DNA of 45,449 nucleotides from a virus (Duplodnaviria; Caudoviricetes), in the IMG/VR virus record IMGVR_UViG_3300010047_000002, positions 1-45,449 of that record, one strand, 5' to 3'. The notes under the pieces were generated by a model. The model worked only from the letters and a program-made list of their open reading frames with translations, was not told where the DNA came from and searched no databases. Made by a program: the position numbers and the translations under genes. Positions 32,958 through 42,737 of this stretch are shown piece after piece (position 1 is the first letter of the stretch; each line of letters starts with the position of its first letter).

Positions 32958-34057
32958 TCGCCGATGAACCGCCCCCCGATCTTATTGCCTCGCACATCCT
33001 TGGCACCCTTCGGATGCCTCGGCGGCGTTGCGGGGGGTGCGGGTGCCCCCGAGGCGGGAGGCGGTCCCCCGCCGCCTCCCTTCTTCGGCGGAATGAACGG
33101 CTCGGGCGCAGGCTCAAACACCCCGCGCTCCGGAGCCGGCGGCGGCCCCACGGGCGCCACCTCTGGCTTCGGCGGCTGTAGTGCCGGCGGCGGTCGCGTG
33201 AGCTTCTCCAGCGTGCTGGGTGCGTATGGCTTGATGCCCTTCGTGCTGGCCGCCGGATTGTCGAGGAAACGATCATAAATGCCCTCGGGGCTCCTGGGCT
33301 TGAAGGGAGCATCGATGGACGGAGGTTCAGATGGTCTTTGCAGAAATCTTGGTAGCGGCTCCTGCATCTCTCCCGGCCTCGGCTCCAGCGTCACTGGCAC
33401 TGGCGGCGGGGGTGGAGGTTCCGGACCTGTCAAGGCTCCTGGCGGCATGCCAGGCCCCGGCGGCGGCGCTGGGGGGATGGGACCCGGTTGTGGGCCTATG
33501 GGCCCTGGTTGAGCTCCTCCAGGCAAACCTGGCGCAGGTGATAGCGGTGCTGGCTGTGGTGCTGGCGGCGAACCAGGACCGCCTAATACACCGATGGCGC
33601 GGAGGTAGCGGAGGACCGGGAGCGCCTGGACGCCGACGTTCGCCGCCGTCCCCGCCGCCTCCGCCGCGCGATATGCGCCAGGGCGCACCGCCTGCGTCAG
33701 CGCCTTGGCATACGCCATCGCCTCCGGCGAATACTGGCCCTTCTGTCCCTGCGTCAGGAGGTAGTCGCTCAATCCTTGGTCGGGGCCGCCCGGCAATTCA
33801 TTGAAGCCCAAGTATTGCGGCAGATGGGTCGCGCGGTTGAGACCGACGGCAAACAAACTCCGCCCGTAGATGTCCATGTAGGCCTGCGCGCGCTCGCGGT
33901 CGGCCTTGATCGGACTGTTCGCCAGGCGCTTGATCTCGGCGATCATCGCCGCCTGCTGTGCCTGCGGCGGCGGCGCGAACATGCTCTCAGGTGTGATCTC
34001 GCCGACATCGAAACCGGGAGCGCCGGCCGGGCTCATGGGTGCGCCAGGGTAGGGCAT
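32948..34057 (-). CDS. Pro-rich protein, possibly ejected, 369 aa
   Basis: Last gene of the late operon, after the ejection-like genes. Confidence 0.6.
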   Translation of the reverse strand: MPYPGAPMSPAGAPGFDVGEITPESMFAPPPQAQQAAMIAEIKRLANSPIKADRERAQAYMDIYGRSLFAVGLNRATHLPQYLGFNELPGGPDQGLSDYLLTQGQKGQYSPEAMAYAKALTQAVRPGAYRAAEAAGTAANVGVQALPVLRYLRAIGVLGGPGSPPAPQPAPLSPAPGLPGGAQPGPIGPQPGPIPPAPPPGPGMPPGALTGPEPPPPPPVPVTLEPRPGEMQEPLPRFLQRPSEPPSIDAPFKPRSPEGIYDRFLDNPAASTKGIKPYAPSTLEKLTRPPPALQPPKPEVAPVGPPPAPERGVFEPAPEPFIPPKKGGGGGPPPASGAPAPPATPPRHPKGAKDVRGNKIGGRFIGDYS

Positions 34058-34060
34058 CGC

Positions 34061-36418
34061 TTATTCCTCACTGAGCCGTCGGTCGGAGGTATGCACGGCG
34101 CCCGTCGCCCGCTGGCCATAGCGCGCGTTGAGCTGCTCCAGCTTGTCGGCGAGGCGCCCGGCCCGACCGCGACCCATCAGCATAATGATCTGGTTCATGG
34201 CCTGCTGATTGCGGAGTGGGTTGGCGGAAGTGAGATCATTGACGATGGAGACGGAGACGCGGCTGTTCTTCCCAAACAGCGATTGTAAGGTGTATTCGAG
34301 CGCGCGCTTGGGAATGCCCGACAAGCCCTCGCCGGCAATGTCGCGGAGGCGGTGCATCACATCGCGCAGCTTGTCGTCGGCAATGTTCTGCGCCGTCTGC
34401 GAACCGCCATACGCGGTCGTGCGCGTGGGCTGCTCCTTGCCGACGCGTGAAAGATATTCGAAGAACCGTTCCGCCTGTTCGCCGCGTTCGCCGGGCACCC
34501 CTGGCGTATTGTCGAGAATATCGCGCAGCATGCGCTTTTGGTTGGTCGTCTCAAACAGCTTGGCGACATCCTGCCGCTCGCTCTTGCCGCCCATCTCGCG
34601 CAGCACCTGACCAATATAGCCGTGGCGCACGAGCTTCTTGGACTCGCGGTCGAGCGTGGCATATTGCTCGATGCCGACGCCCTCGGTGCCTTTGCGCAGA
34701 TCTTCGCCGAGCTTCAGATGCCTGAGGAGCTCCGCCTGGTCGCGATGCTCCACGCGCGCCTTGCTGTAGAGGTCGCCAATCTTGTTCGTTTTAATCGCAT
34801 CGGCCGCTTCCAGGATCGTGTCGCGCGCCTCTTCCATTCTGTCGGCGATCTTGTAATTGCCAGCACGATAGGCCTCGCCGATGCGGTCGTTGACAAACTG
34901 CTTACCCTTATCGAGGTCGTCGATGTGGGGCGAAACCGAATGGTAGCTGTTCTGGCCGGTGCCTACCCTCGGCGCCATTTGATCCAGCACCATCTGGATC
35001 GCCCCCTTCTCGTCCTTCGGCAGGCCCGGGCGTTCCATGCTGGCGACGACGGTATTGACAGCGTCAACGAGCCCCTTCTCCTGCGTGAGATCGACGCCCT
35101 CCGCTGCGTTGCGTAGCGCGCCGTAGTTCCTATTCGACGTGAGCTTCTGATTGGCGGTGATATTGGCGGCGGTCTCCTCCGCCGTGCGACCGTGACCGTG
35201 ATACATGCGGTCCTGTGTGATCGTAGCGCGATGCAACGTCTCGGCCACGCGCTCCTGCTGTCCCGCCGCCTCGGCACCTTGCGCGCCGCCCGAGCGATAG
35301 GCCAGCAGACGCGGGTCGCCCTTCGGGTAGGTAGGCAATCCGAAATCGGTATCGAGTGGGATGGGTGGCGTCTCGCCGGTCTGCCGCGCGGTCAGGCGCG
35401 ACTGTCCCATGTTCGAGGCCTCGGAGTGCAGCCGCATCTCGCGGCCGGCGAGACGCGCGACGTTGGGATCGATGTCGGCGAGCATCTCCGCGCGCGGCGC
35501 GGAGTAACCGGAGGGCCAGAAGAGATGCGCGCCTTCACCGCGCTGTTGATAATTTTGCAGTTGCTCGGGCGTAAACCCGGCGCGTGCAAATTCATCAGCG
35601 ATGTCCTGCCGTCCCAGCTTGATATCCTCCGGCATGAGCTGACGCGCTGCGGCCGCCTCCTCCGGGACGAGGTGCTCTGGGAACTGCCCCATGGTGGTTG
35701 CGCCGCGCTCGTTGCGCGGCCGCCAGTCCGGCATGACGCGCTCGCCAGCCGCAGGAGGCGGCGGCCCTCGACCCCGGCGCCCCATGAACAGCGCGCCCTC
35801 ATCACCGAGCCCACGATAGGCACGCAGCGCCGCTAGGGCTGGTGTCGGCGCCAGCATGCCGCCGGCAATGCCGGCCGCCAACTGCCAGCCTGGTCCCAGA
35901 TCGGCCTCCTCTGCTGCCTGCGCAGCGACACCGCCGCCGGCAGCGGAAGTGCCCTCGACGAGCGCCTGCCGGCCTGCGCCCGTTCGCCCGAGCGCTTTCA
36001 AACCCCACATCTGCGGCGCCAGGCGCGACAGCCCAAACATGCCGCCGCCAATCGGCAGCGCGCTGCCGGCGAACTCACCGACGCGGCCGGCGTAACGGCC
36101 ATACGCCGTCTCCGCCTCGGGCACGGTGGTGGCCCGCTTATACAGATCCCCCATTCCAAACTCTGGGCGATTCTCAATGTCGGTCCAGTCCCAGCCGCCG
36201 GTCTTCTCGCCGATCCAATCAAGCAATCGGTAGGGCGCAGACAGCGTCTCCAGCGCCCCCTTGCCAGCGCCGCGCGCGAATTGATAGCCGACATCTTTTA
36301 GGGTCGCATAGGGGTCCTCGGCCTCGGACGATACGCGCACGGTGCCATGGCTCGTCGTGCCGCCGCCAAATTTGGGTTTGCCCTTGGGGATGTCTTCGAT
36401 GTCGACCCACCTGCCCAT
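34061..36418 (-). CDS. Probable DNA ejection (internal virion) protein, 785 aa
   Basis: A/G-rich helical protein ending in GSQTA; podovirus synteny. Confidence 0.7.
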   Translation of the reverse strand: MGRWVDIEDIPKGKPKFGGGTTSHGTVRVSSEAEDPYATLKDVGYQFARGAGKGALETLSAPYRLLDWIGEKTGGWDWTDIENRPEFGMGDLYKRATTVPEAETAYGRYAGRVGEFAGSALPIGGGMFGLSRLAPQMWGLKALGRTGAGRQALVEGTSAAGGGVAAQAAEEADLGPGWQLAAGIAGGMLAPTPALAALRAYRGLGDEGALFMGRRGRGPPPPAAGERVMPDWRPRNERGATTMGQFPEHLVPEEAAAARQLMPEDIKLGRQDIADEFARAGFTPEQLQNYQQRGEGAHLFWPSGYSAPRAEMLADIDPNVARLAGREMRLHSEASNMGQSRLTARQTGETPPIPLDTDFGLPTYPKGDPRLLAYRSGGAQGAEAAGQQERVAETLHRATITQDRMYHGHGRTAEETAANITANQKLTSNRNYGALRNAAEGVDLTQEKGLVDAVNTVVASMERPGLPKDEKGAIQMVLDQMAPRVGTGQNSYHSVSPHIDDLDKGKQFVNDRIGEAYRAGNYKIADRMEEARDTILEAADAIKTNKIGDLYSKARVEHRDQAELLRHLKLGEDLRKGTEGVGIEQYATLDRESKKLVRHGYIGQVLREMGGKSERQDVAKLFETTNQKRMLRDILDNTPGVPGERGEQAERFFEYLSRVGKEQPTRTTAYGGSQTAQNIADDKLRDVMHRLRDIAGEGLSGIPKRALEYTLQSLFGKNSRVSVSIVNDLTSANPLRNQQAMNQIIMLMGRGRAGRLADKLEQLNARYGQRATGAVHTSDRRLSEE

Positions 36419-39289
36419 CTACTCCTCCCCAGGCTCTGGAATGTAGTACTGGCCTTTGCCGGTCATCGGATTGCGCCGCACCTTTCGCTTCTGGCCGTTG
36501 TATTCCCGGGTGACGGTCTCGCCCGGTTTGAGGTCGCGCACCTGCTCCTCCAGCCAGGTCGCCTCGTCGGCCTTCGCCGCCGCCGCCTGCTGCGCTTCGG
36601 CCCTGCGCCTTTGGCTCTTGGTCAGCCTGGCCTCGGGGGGCACTTCCTCGGCGCGTGACGGATAAGGTATCGGCTCGTTGCCACCGGGCTGCTTGAAGGG
36701 TTCGCGATATTGTTCTTGCCAGCCCTGGAGCAGGCGCTGCTTCAGGTTTTCGGTGGCATTGAGAATGATGTTAAGGTTGTGCTGGTAGTCCTCCGTCCTG
36801 ATCGTTGGGTCGAGCACACCGACGGTGGCGCTCTTCAGCATGTTAATCTCTTGCTCGCCCGTGCTGCCGAGACCTGATGCGCCGGTCTTGTTGGAAGCCT
36901 GCAGCGCATGCAGCGCGGCGAGACCGAGCTGATTAGCGAGGGTCCGCATGTTGTCGCTGACCCGCCGCGCCGGATCACCCTGCGCTTTGATGTTCTCCCA
37001 GTGCCACGGCATGGTGGTGAATGGGATCTTAGTCACACGTTCCTGACGTGGGTCATCGTAGGGGTCGGCGTTCTTGCCGGTCGCGCGCGGCAATTCCGGA
37101 TCATCGTGGATCTTCTTCGCCAGCGCCTGCACGCCACTGATCGTTTCGATTGCGGTCGAGAGCGCAACCCGCGCCGCCGGCTTGCTCGCCTCCTGCTTGG
37201 CCTCGGACTCCGCCAAGGTCTTGGCGTATTGCTGGCCAGGCGCGCCGGCCTGCTCAATTGCTTTCTCCAAACCAGTGTTCTTGATGCCAACCGCCTCCAG
37301 CGCCTGTTGGTAGCCCTGTGCTTCCGAGTACGGCATCCATTCGCCAAACGCGTATACCCACGGCTCGGCGCCGAAACCGCCGGGCCCACCCTGCACGCCC
37401 GTGTACCCGGCGCCCCTGCCTCCGATGGGCGGCAACTGCGGCATCGCTCCAGCCGGTGGCAAGGTGGCGCCACCCCCGGCGCCACCTCCGCCAGCCGGCG
37501 CCGCTGGCGCCGGAGCTCGCGGTGCGGGCGCAGCACCGAGCCGCTGCGAGACCGCAGCGCCGGTCGAGATCGGCACGCCGCCCATGATCGACGGCTGGCC
37601 ATAGCCGGGGAGGTCCGGCGGCACCACAGGGCCCGTTGGCGCAAGCTGTGGCGGTGCCGTTGGCTGAGCCTGCTGGCCCCCGCGCCCGCGCAGCGTCTGG
37701 ATCGTCTCCAGCTTGCGCAGCATTTCGGCGCGACCCTCGGCGTCTTTGAGCTGATATTCGCGCAGAAACTTGGTGCCATCGACAACGCCGGCCGAGGCCA
37801 CCGTCTGCGCTGCCTGCGGGGTCAGCCCCTTGAGCAGCGGATGATCCATGTTGGGCGGACCCTCGGGCCCGTTGGGGAAGGCGGCGTTGTAGGCGGCGAG
37901 CTGGCGGTTGTAGTCGGCCGTGCCGCGTCCAAAGAGCTCCGCTGCACGTCCTTCTTGGCGCTGGGCGATATCCAGGTGGCCCGCTGCGGTCGCCCCGCTG
38001 AGCCCGGCAGAGAAGCCTGGCGCCCCATACATCAAACCGCCGAGTCCGCCCATGAACGCCGGGCTGGTTTGGACGGCGCGGCCCCACGCCGCAACGCCTG
38101 GGAAGCCCATGCGCGCCAGGATGCTGTTATCAACAGGCGCCTGCGCCTGTGGCTGCGCCGGGCCCGTGGTCGTGGTCGGCACCGATTTCACCGGCACCTG
38201 CGGCAGCCCCGGCACGGCCGGCGCGGCGCCCTGCTCGGTCACCATACCGGGCCCTGGAATGATGGAGCGGCCCTGGAAAGCTCTGATACCCTCTTCCAGC
38301 GCTGCCCGCTCCTCGGGGGTGTAGGGTCGCCCGCCCGGCATCGGCGGCCCTGGCGGCTCTGGTTCGCCAGGTGCCAGATCGGGTGGAGGTGCCGGCGGAG
38401 GTGGTGTCAGATCTCCCGACAGCGCGCCTCCGGTGATGTCGGGACGCTGATCGCCGTATGGCCCCGGCGCCGGCATGTCCGGATAATACGGGAGCGGAAT
38501 ATTCGGCTGCGGCGGCGGATAGGAAAACTCGCGGTCGGCAAGGGGTGGCAGCGGCGGTGAGGGATCGGCATATTCCTGCGGACCTACCGTTGGCCGGCGG
38601 CCTGGTGCTCGCGAGAGCAAGTCCTGCGGCATCGGAATGCCAAAGCTGCCGCCAGTCGATGGCTGGATCAGGGAGCTCAAGCCGGCACCCATCCGGCCGG
38701 GGATCGGCGCGCCGCTCGCAACCTGCAACAGCGGCGGCTGCTCTGCCGGCGGCTGAACCGGCGGCGGCACACCCAGCGGCGCACCAATCTGACGCTGAAA
38801 TCGGTCGCGCCACATATCCCGGAATTGCCCGGCGGTGATCGCCAGCGGGTTGGGGAACTGCGAACGCAGATTGCCCAGCACGTTATTGCTAATGGCGGTC
38901 TGCGCCTCGCGGTCGCTGCGATAGAGCGGCCGCAGCACCTGCCACGCCAGCGCGTTGGGATCGGCGGCCAAGAGCGCGCCACCGCCACCCCGTGGCGGTC
39001 CCTGCTGGTGATAGAAGTAGCCCTCGTCGCCGGTCATCTCGCGGCCAAAGCGCGCCTGATGCGCCTTCGCATTGGCGGCAAACTCGCGCTGGGCAGCGGC
39101 GCGCGCATCAGCGTAGCTGAAGACGTTGCCGCCTCCACCCCACTGCTGCCAATCGCGTTGGCCATACTGCATCGGGCCAAGGTTGCCCTTGGTGTTGCTG
39201 TAGTTGTAGTCGCCGCGCCGGGGCCCGCTCTCCAGATATTGCGTGGCGTCGTAGGTTCTGGGGTCCCACCAGGGGATCGCGTACGGCAT
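36419..39289 (-). CDS. Probable ejection protein with N-terminal lytic-transglycosylase-like domain, ~956 aa
   Basis: LES...GPMQY...W...YFYHQQG; ATG 1 nt after the upstream stop. Confidence 0.65.
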   Translation of the reverse strand: MPYAIPWWDPRTYDATQYLESGPRRGDYNYSNTKGNLGPMQYGQRDWQQWGGGGNVFSYADARAAAQREFAANAKAHQARFGREMTGDEGYFYHQQGPPRGGGGALLAADPNALAWQVLRPLYRSDREAQTAISNNVLGNLRSQFPNPLAITAGQFRDMWRDRFQRQIGAPLGVPPPVQPPAEQPPLLQVASGAPIPGRMGAGLSSLIQPSTGGSFGIPMPQDLLSRAPGRRPTVGPQEYADPSPPLPPLADREFSYPPPQPNIPLPYYPDMPAPGPYGDQRPDITGGALSGDLTPPPPAPPPDLAPGEPEPPGPPMPGGRPYTPEERAALEEGIRAFQGRSIIPGPGMVTEQGAAPAVPGLPQVPVKSVPTTTTGPAQPQAQAPVDNSILARMGFPGVAAWGRAVQTSPAFMGGLGGLMYGAPGFSAGLSGATAAGHLDIAQRQEGRAAELFGRGTADYNRQLAAYNAAFPNGPEGPPNMDHPLLKGLTPQAAQTVASAGVVDGTKFLREYQLKDAEGRAEMLRKLETIQTLRGRGGQQAQPTAPPQLAPTGPVVPPDLPGYGQPSIMGGVPISTGAAVSQRLGAAPAPRAPAPAAPAGGGGAGGGATLPPAGAMPQLPPIGGRGAGYTGVQGGPGGFGAEPWVYAFGEWMPYSEAQGYQQALEAVGIKNTGLEKAIEQAGAPGQQYAKTLAESEAKQEASKPAARVALSTAIETISGVQALAKKIHDDPELPRATGKNADPYDDPRQERVTKIPFTTMPWHWENIKAQGDPARRVSDNMRTLANQLGLAALHALQASNKTGASGLGSTGEQEINMLKSATVGVLDPTIRTEDYQHNLNIILNATENLKQRLLQGWQEQYREPFKQPGGNEPIPYPSRAEEVPPEARLTKSQRRRAEAQQAAAAKADEATWLEEQVRDLKPGETVTREYNGQKRKVRRNPMTGKGQYYIPEPGEE

Positions 39290-39290
39290 C

Positions 39291-40055
39291 TTATCCAAAT
39301 CCCAAGCTTGATCTGAAATTGCCTAACTGCCCCGACCACGACCACGGGTTCTGCGCCGGCTGCCCGCCATAGCCCGTAGCACCCTGTTGCGGTGACATGC
39401 CGCCATACGGGCTGCTACCGCCGCCACCGGACAGGCTGCCGAGACCGGCCGCCATCATCTGTGGGTTCGATGAGAAGGCGCCGAGCGCAGTGAGCGCAGT
39501 GCCGGCGATGGACGACAGCAGGCTCGGGTTGGTCGTCTCGTCGGTCTTCGTCGTGCCGCTCTTCCCGGTGCCAGAGAGACCGATGAATTGTTGGTTCGCC
39601 CATTCGGTGGGGCTCCCGTACGCCGCGACGTTATAGGCCGGTGCCGCGAGCGCCATATTCTGGAGCTGCGACATGCCCTGATTGTAGGCACCGAAATAGA
39701 TCGGCGCTGCCGCAGCGGTAATGCCCTGCGCGAGCTGCGACTGCGCATCGCCGCCGGTAAAATTGCCCCGGCCGGCGCGACCCATCATGCTGTTGAATTG
39801 GTTGGTGACATCTCCAATCGCCTGACGGGCATATGGCTGCAGATAAGGGTTGCTGGCAGGATCGAGGAACTCGCCGCTAAGCGCGCGGCTCATAAAGTCC
39901 TGGCCCTTATTGACGATGCCGCCAGGCGCGAGGCCAGCCTGCATTGCGTCTTGCGCGTTCGCCGTCTGACCCAATTGTCCGACCACGTACGGTCTCGCTT
40001 CCTTGAGACCCGCCAGGTCATACGTTGTCGTCGATGATTTCTTACTGCTGCTCAT
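39291..40055 (-). CDS. Probable ejection/pilot protein, 254 aa
   Basis: MSSSKKSSTTT, NPYL and G/A/Q-rich segments; follows the GNAT-like gene. Confidence 0.65.
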   Translation of the reverse strand: MSSSKKSSTTTYDLAGLKEARPYVVGQLGQTANAQDAMQAGLAPGGIVNKGQDFMSRALSGEFLDPASNPYLQPYARQAIGDVTNQFNSMMGRAGRGNFTGGDAQSQLAQGITAAAAPIYFGAYNQGMSQLQNMALAAPAYNVAAYGSPTEWANQQFIGLSGTGKSGTTKTDETTNPSLLSSIAGTALTALGAFSSNPQMMAAGLGSLSGGGGSSPYGGMSPQQGATGYGGQPAQNPWSWSGQLGNFRSSLGFG

Positions 40056-40470
40056 CGTCGAGCCTCATTTCCAAGATCGTGCGTAGATGCAACCAGCCGT
40101 CGGCCTTCGCGTGGCGCTCCCATCCCTTGCGCCCCGCCGCCTCCAGGCGCACGCAGCCCTGCAACCTGGCGAACGCCTTGACCGCCTCCGTCAGGTGCTG
40201 CCAGCAACCAAAGTCGCGGCCAGCGACGAGCGCCAGGTTGCAAGCTTTGCCGCGCGCGCTCTCGTAGAGCTCGGTGATGCACATGCCGCGCGCGCGGCCG
40301 AGCTCCTCGTCCCAGGCCAGCCAGAGCTGCTGGGCACCAGTGAGCAGGCGCTGTCGGATCTCCTCCGGCGTTTCATCTGCCTTGCCCTTGGTGAGCGCCT
40401 CGGTCACCCATGCGACCACGAGGGGCCAGGCCTTGGGGACCAGCGCGACCGGCACTCCGCGCGCCTGCAT
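40042..40470 (-). CDS. GNAT-like protein, 142 aa
   Basis: QLWL...FARLQGC...GRKGWER; TAATG-coupled. Confidence 0.65.
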   Translation of the reverse strand: MQARGVPVALVPKAWPLVVAWVTEALTKGKADETPEEIRQRLLTGAQQLWLAWDEELGRARGMCITELYESARGKACNLALVAGRDFGCWQHLTEAVKAFARLQGCVRLEAAGRKGWERHAKADGWLHLRTILEMRLDDEQQ

Positions 40471-41366
40471 TAGGCAAGCCCGTAGATCGCATACGTGCCG
40501 CTGGTGATGTTGCCGCTCGAAAAGAAGAAGCGCACGGCATCGGTGTCCTGCGCCGCATTGCGATGCCCGCTTGAGGAGGAGCGCGCGCAGAAATCTGCCG
40601 CGCCATAAAAGACGGCATCGCACCAGACCTTGGGTTTTATTGCCGTGTTGGTCTGGTCCATCAACATCACCTGCGCGTTGATGCCCTCGGAGCTGCCATT
40701 GCCGATGTGTGAGGTTGCCGATGTCGAGCCCGCCAACATCATCTGCGTGGTGCCGGCGCTGCCGAACGTGAGGTTGGTCGCGTTCGAAAAATTGGAGATG
40801 CCGCCGTAGCGATAGTCGGTCGCCCCGGCGTCGTAGCTTGAGCCGGCGTTGGTTGACACCCGCATGTACAGATCAACGTCATCCGTGGCAGGTATCCAAT
40901 TTATGAGCTCAAAAATGAGCCCCCGATATGCGGTGTAGCTGGTGAGCACGAAGTCTTGCTGCGCCGAGCCACCGCTGACCGAGCCCGAGGTGAGAAGCGT
41001 CGCCCCGGGGCGCGCCCAGGTCGCATCCCCCCGCAGAAACTTGAGCGCATCGCCTGCGGCGGGTGCAGGTACAAGGCCTTTAGTGCCGCCGCTGCCGCTG
41101 TCGCCGACGAGGGCATTGAGAATGGCCGTTGCCTGTGTCGCCGTCAGATCCTGCGGTGATCCAGTGCCGGCGCCGACTGCCCTGCCCTTGATCGTGCTGT
41201 CCGCCATGTTGGCGAGCTGGGCATTCGCGATCCCGGTGCCGATGGCGTTCGAGAGGTAATCACCTTTGCGGAGCTCTTTGATGAGATCCTGCGCCCATAG
41301 ATAGAGATCCTCGGCCTTGTTACCTTGCGGGTTTTTCCAGCGGGTATCGAGATCACCGAGCGCCAT
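40470..41366 (-). CDS. Tail fibre/needle-type protein, 298 aa
   Basis: KGLVPAPAAG...FLRGDATW fibre motif; ends FSSGNITSGTYAIYG. Confidence 0.7.
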   Translation of the reverse strand: MALGDLDTRWKNPQGNKAEDLYLWAQDLIKELRKGDYLSNAIGTGIANAQLANMADSTIKGRAVGAGTGSPQDLTATQATAILNALVGDSGSGGTKGLVPAPAAGDALKFLRGDATWARPGATLLTSGSVSGGSAQQDFVLTSYTAYRGLIFELINWIPATDDVDLYMRVSTNAGSSYDAGATDYRYGGISNFSNATNLTFGSAGTTQMMLAGSTSATSHIGNGSSEGINAQVMLMDQTNTAIKPKVWCDAVFYGAADFCARSSSSGHRNAAQDTDAVRFFFSSGNITSGTYAIYGLA

Positions 41367-41787
41367 GCATTGCCTCGTATGCTGCCCAGGCGCGAGCCTC
41401 ATCGATCTTCATGGCGGCGAGCTCATCGATGTAGATCGGACCACCGTTGTGGCTGCGGCGCCAGGCGTCGCGATAAGTGCGGTCGATGGGGATGTCCTCC
41501 ACGTCCCAGAGCTCGCAGCCGGTGCCACGGTGCGCGCAATCCCTGTCGCGGAAGACTGCGTAGGCCTCCGCATCGGTGAGACCGCCGAACTGCATTGCCC
41601 GCACAAAGCGCCGCGCTGCATCAGCATGATGGCCGGCAGCGATCTGCCGCTCGATCTGCACCTGCAGAAACCCTCGCGGCAGTCCATCCCAGCGCCCGCC
41701 GCCCTTGGTCATATAGGCGAACGCGGTTGCCGATGGGGTGCAGATTGAGACGAGGCCGCCGGGGCGCGTGTAGACGATGTGCCTCAT
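41353..41787 (-). CDS. Tail-fibre-associated protein, 144 aa
   Basis: IVYTRPGG...DIPIDRTYRDAW; lies between two fibre genes. Confidence 0.6.
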   Translation of the reverse strand: MRHIVYTRPGGLVSICTPSATAFAYMTKGGGRWDGLPRGFLQVQIERQIAAGHHADAARRFVRAMQFGGLTDAEAYAVFRDRDCAHRGTGCELWDVEDIPIDRTYRDAWRRSHNGGPIYIDELAAMKIDEARAWAAYEAMHGAR

Positions 41788-42734
41788 TGGTCGCCGAAAG
41801 CCGCCATGCAGATAAGGGCGAAGTCCACGCGCGAGCCCCCGCTCGTCGCGTAGTGGGTCATCGCCTCCGTTGTGGTGGTGGTCTGGAGAAAGATCTCGAA
41901 CGTGCTGTTGCCAACGGTGTTCGTCTCGCTGACGGTTCCCACAACAGAGTAGGCGCCGTTGAACGCGGTATCGTAGGTGTAGAGATAATCGCCGGTCCCA
42001 TTATCAGTGAGCGAGGCGACGCCATAGTCAGGCGTGGAGAGCGAGGCCGGCGTGGCCGTCCCCACGACCGATGCCCAGGCTTTGGGATGGCCGGGATGAC
42101 GATGCTGCAGGCCGGGCGTGACAAACCGATTGGTGGCTGTCGCCGCTTCCATCTCGGCGGCCGTTGCCGCTGGATAGGAAAACACGGTGACGTTGCCGCT
42201 ACCGTCAGTAAAGCGCAGACGCGTGACACCGCTGTCATCGAAGGCAGATACGCGCGCGGTATCCGCGCTCGGGGTGCCGGGCGTCGCGTTCTCATTCAGA
42301 TCAAAGAACATATTCGCCGTGTTTGCGGCGAGCGCCGACAGCATGAACCACTGATCGCTGGCTGACTTGTAGAGCGCCAGGATTGGCTGTCCCGAAATGA
42401 TGTCACCCTGCGCCAGCGGGTCGCCGTTAAACCGTTTGAGGTTCTTTGCACCGAGCCCGTTCAAGTTGAGCGTCGTCGCCCCGGTGATGCTGAAGTTGGC
42501 GGTGAACGCCATCAGGCAGTTATTGAATAAGGATGCGATCACGCGATTGGATGTAATGGCGAACGCATTGGTGGAGCCGCTCGCGGTGATCGAGGCATTC
42601 GTGTCCTGATACCAGCGCGCCATAAGTCCTTCGTCAGCACGGCCAGCGTCATTCACGCCGCTAAACGGCATATTCTCAGGCCAGCGCGCGATATTGCTGG
42701 CATCCAGAGCGAGGAGGTCTTGGATCTCAGCCAT
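41784..42734 (-). CDS. Tail fibre protein, 316 aa
   Basis: ENMPFSGVNDAGR, GATTLNLNGLGAK, PKAWA and LTDNGTGDY motifs. Confidence 0.75.
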   Translation of the reverse strand: MAEIQDLLALDASNIARWPENMPFSGVNDAGRADEGLMARWYQDTNASITASGSTNAFAITSNRVIASLFNNCLMAFTANFSITGATTLNLNGLGAKNLKRFNGDPLAQGDIISGQPILALYKSASDQWFMLSALAANTANMFFDLNENATPGTPSADTARVSAFDDSGVTRLRFTDGSGNVTVFSYPAATAAEMEAATATNRFVTPGLQHRHPGHPKAWASVVGTATPASLSTPDYGVASLTDNGTGDYLYTYDTAFNGAYSVVGTVSETNTVGNSTFEIFLQTTTTTEAMTHYATSGGSRVDFALICMAAFGDQ

Positions 42735-42737
42735 TGG

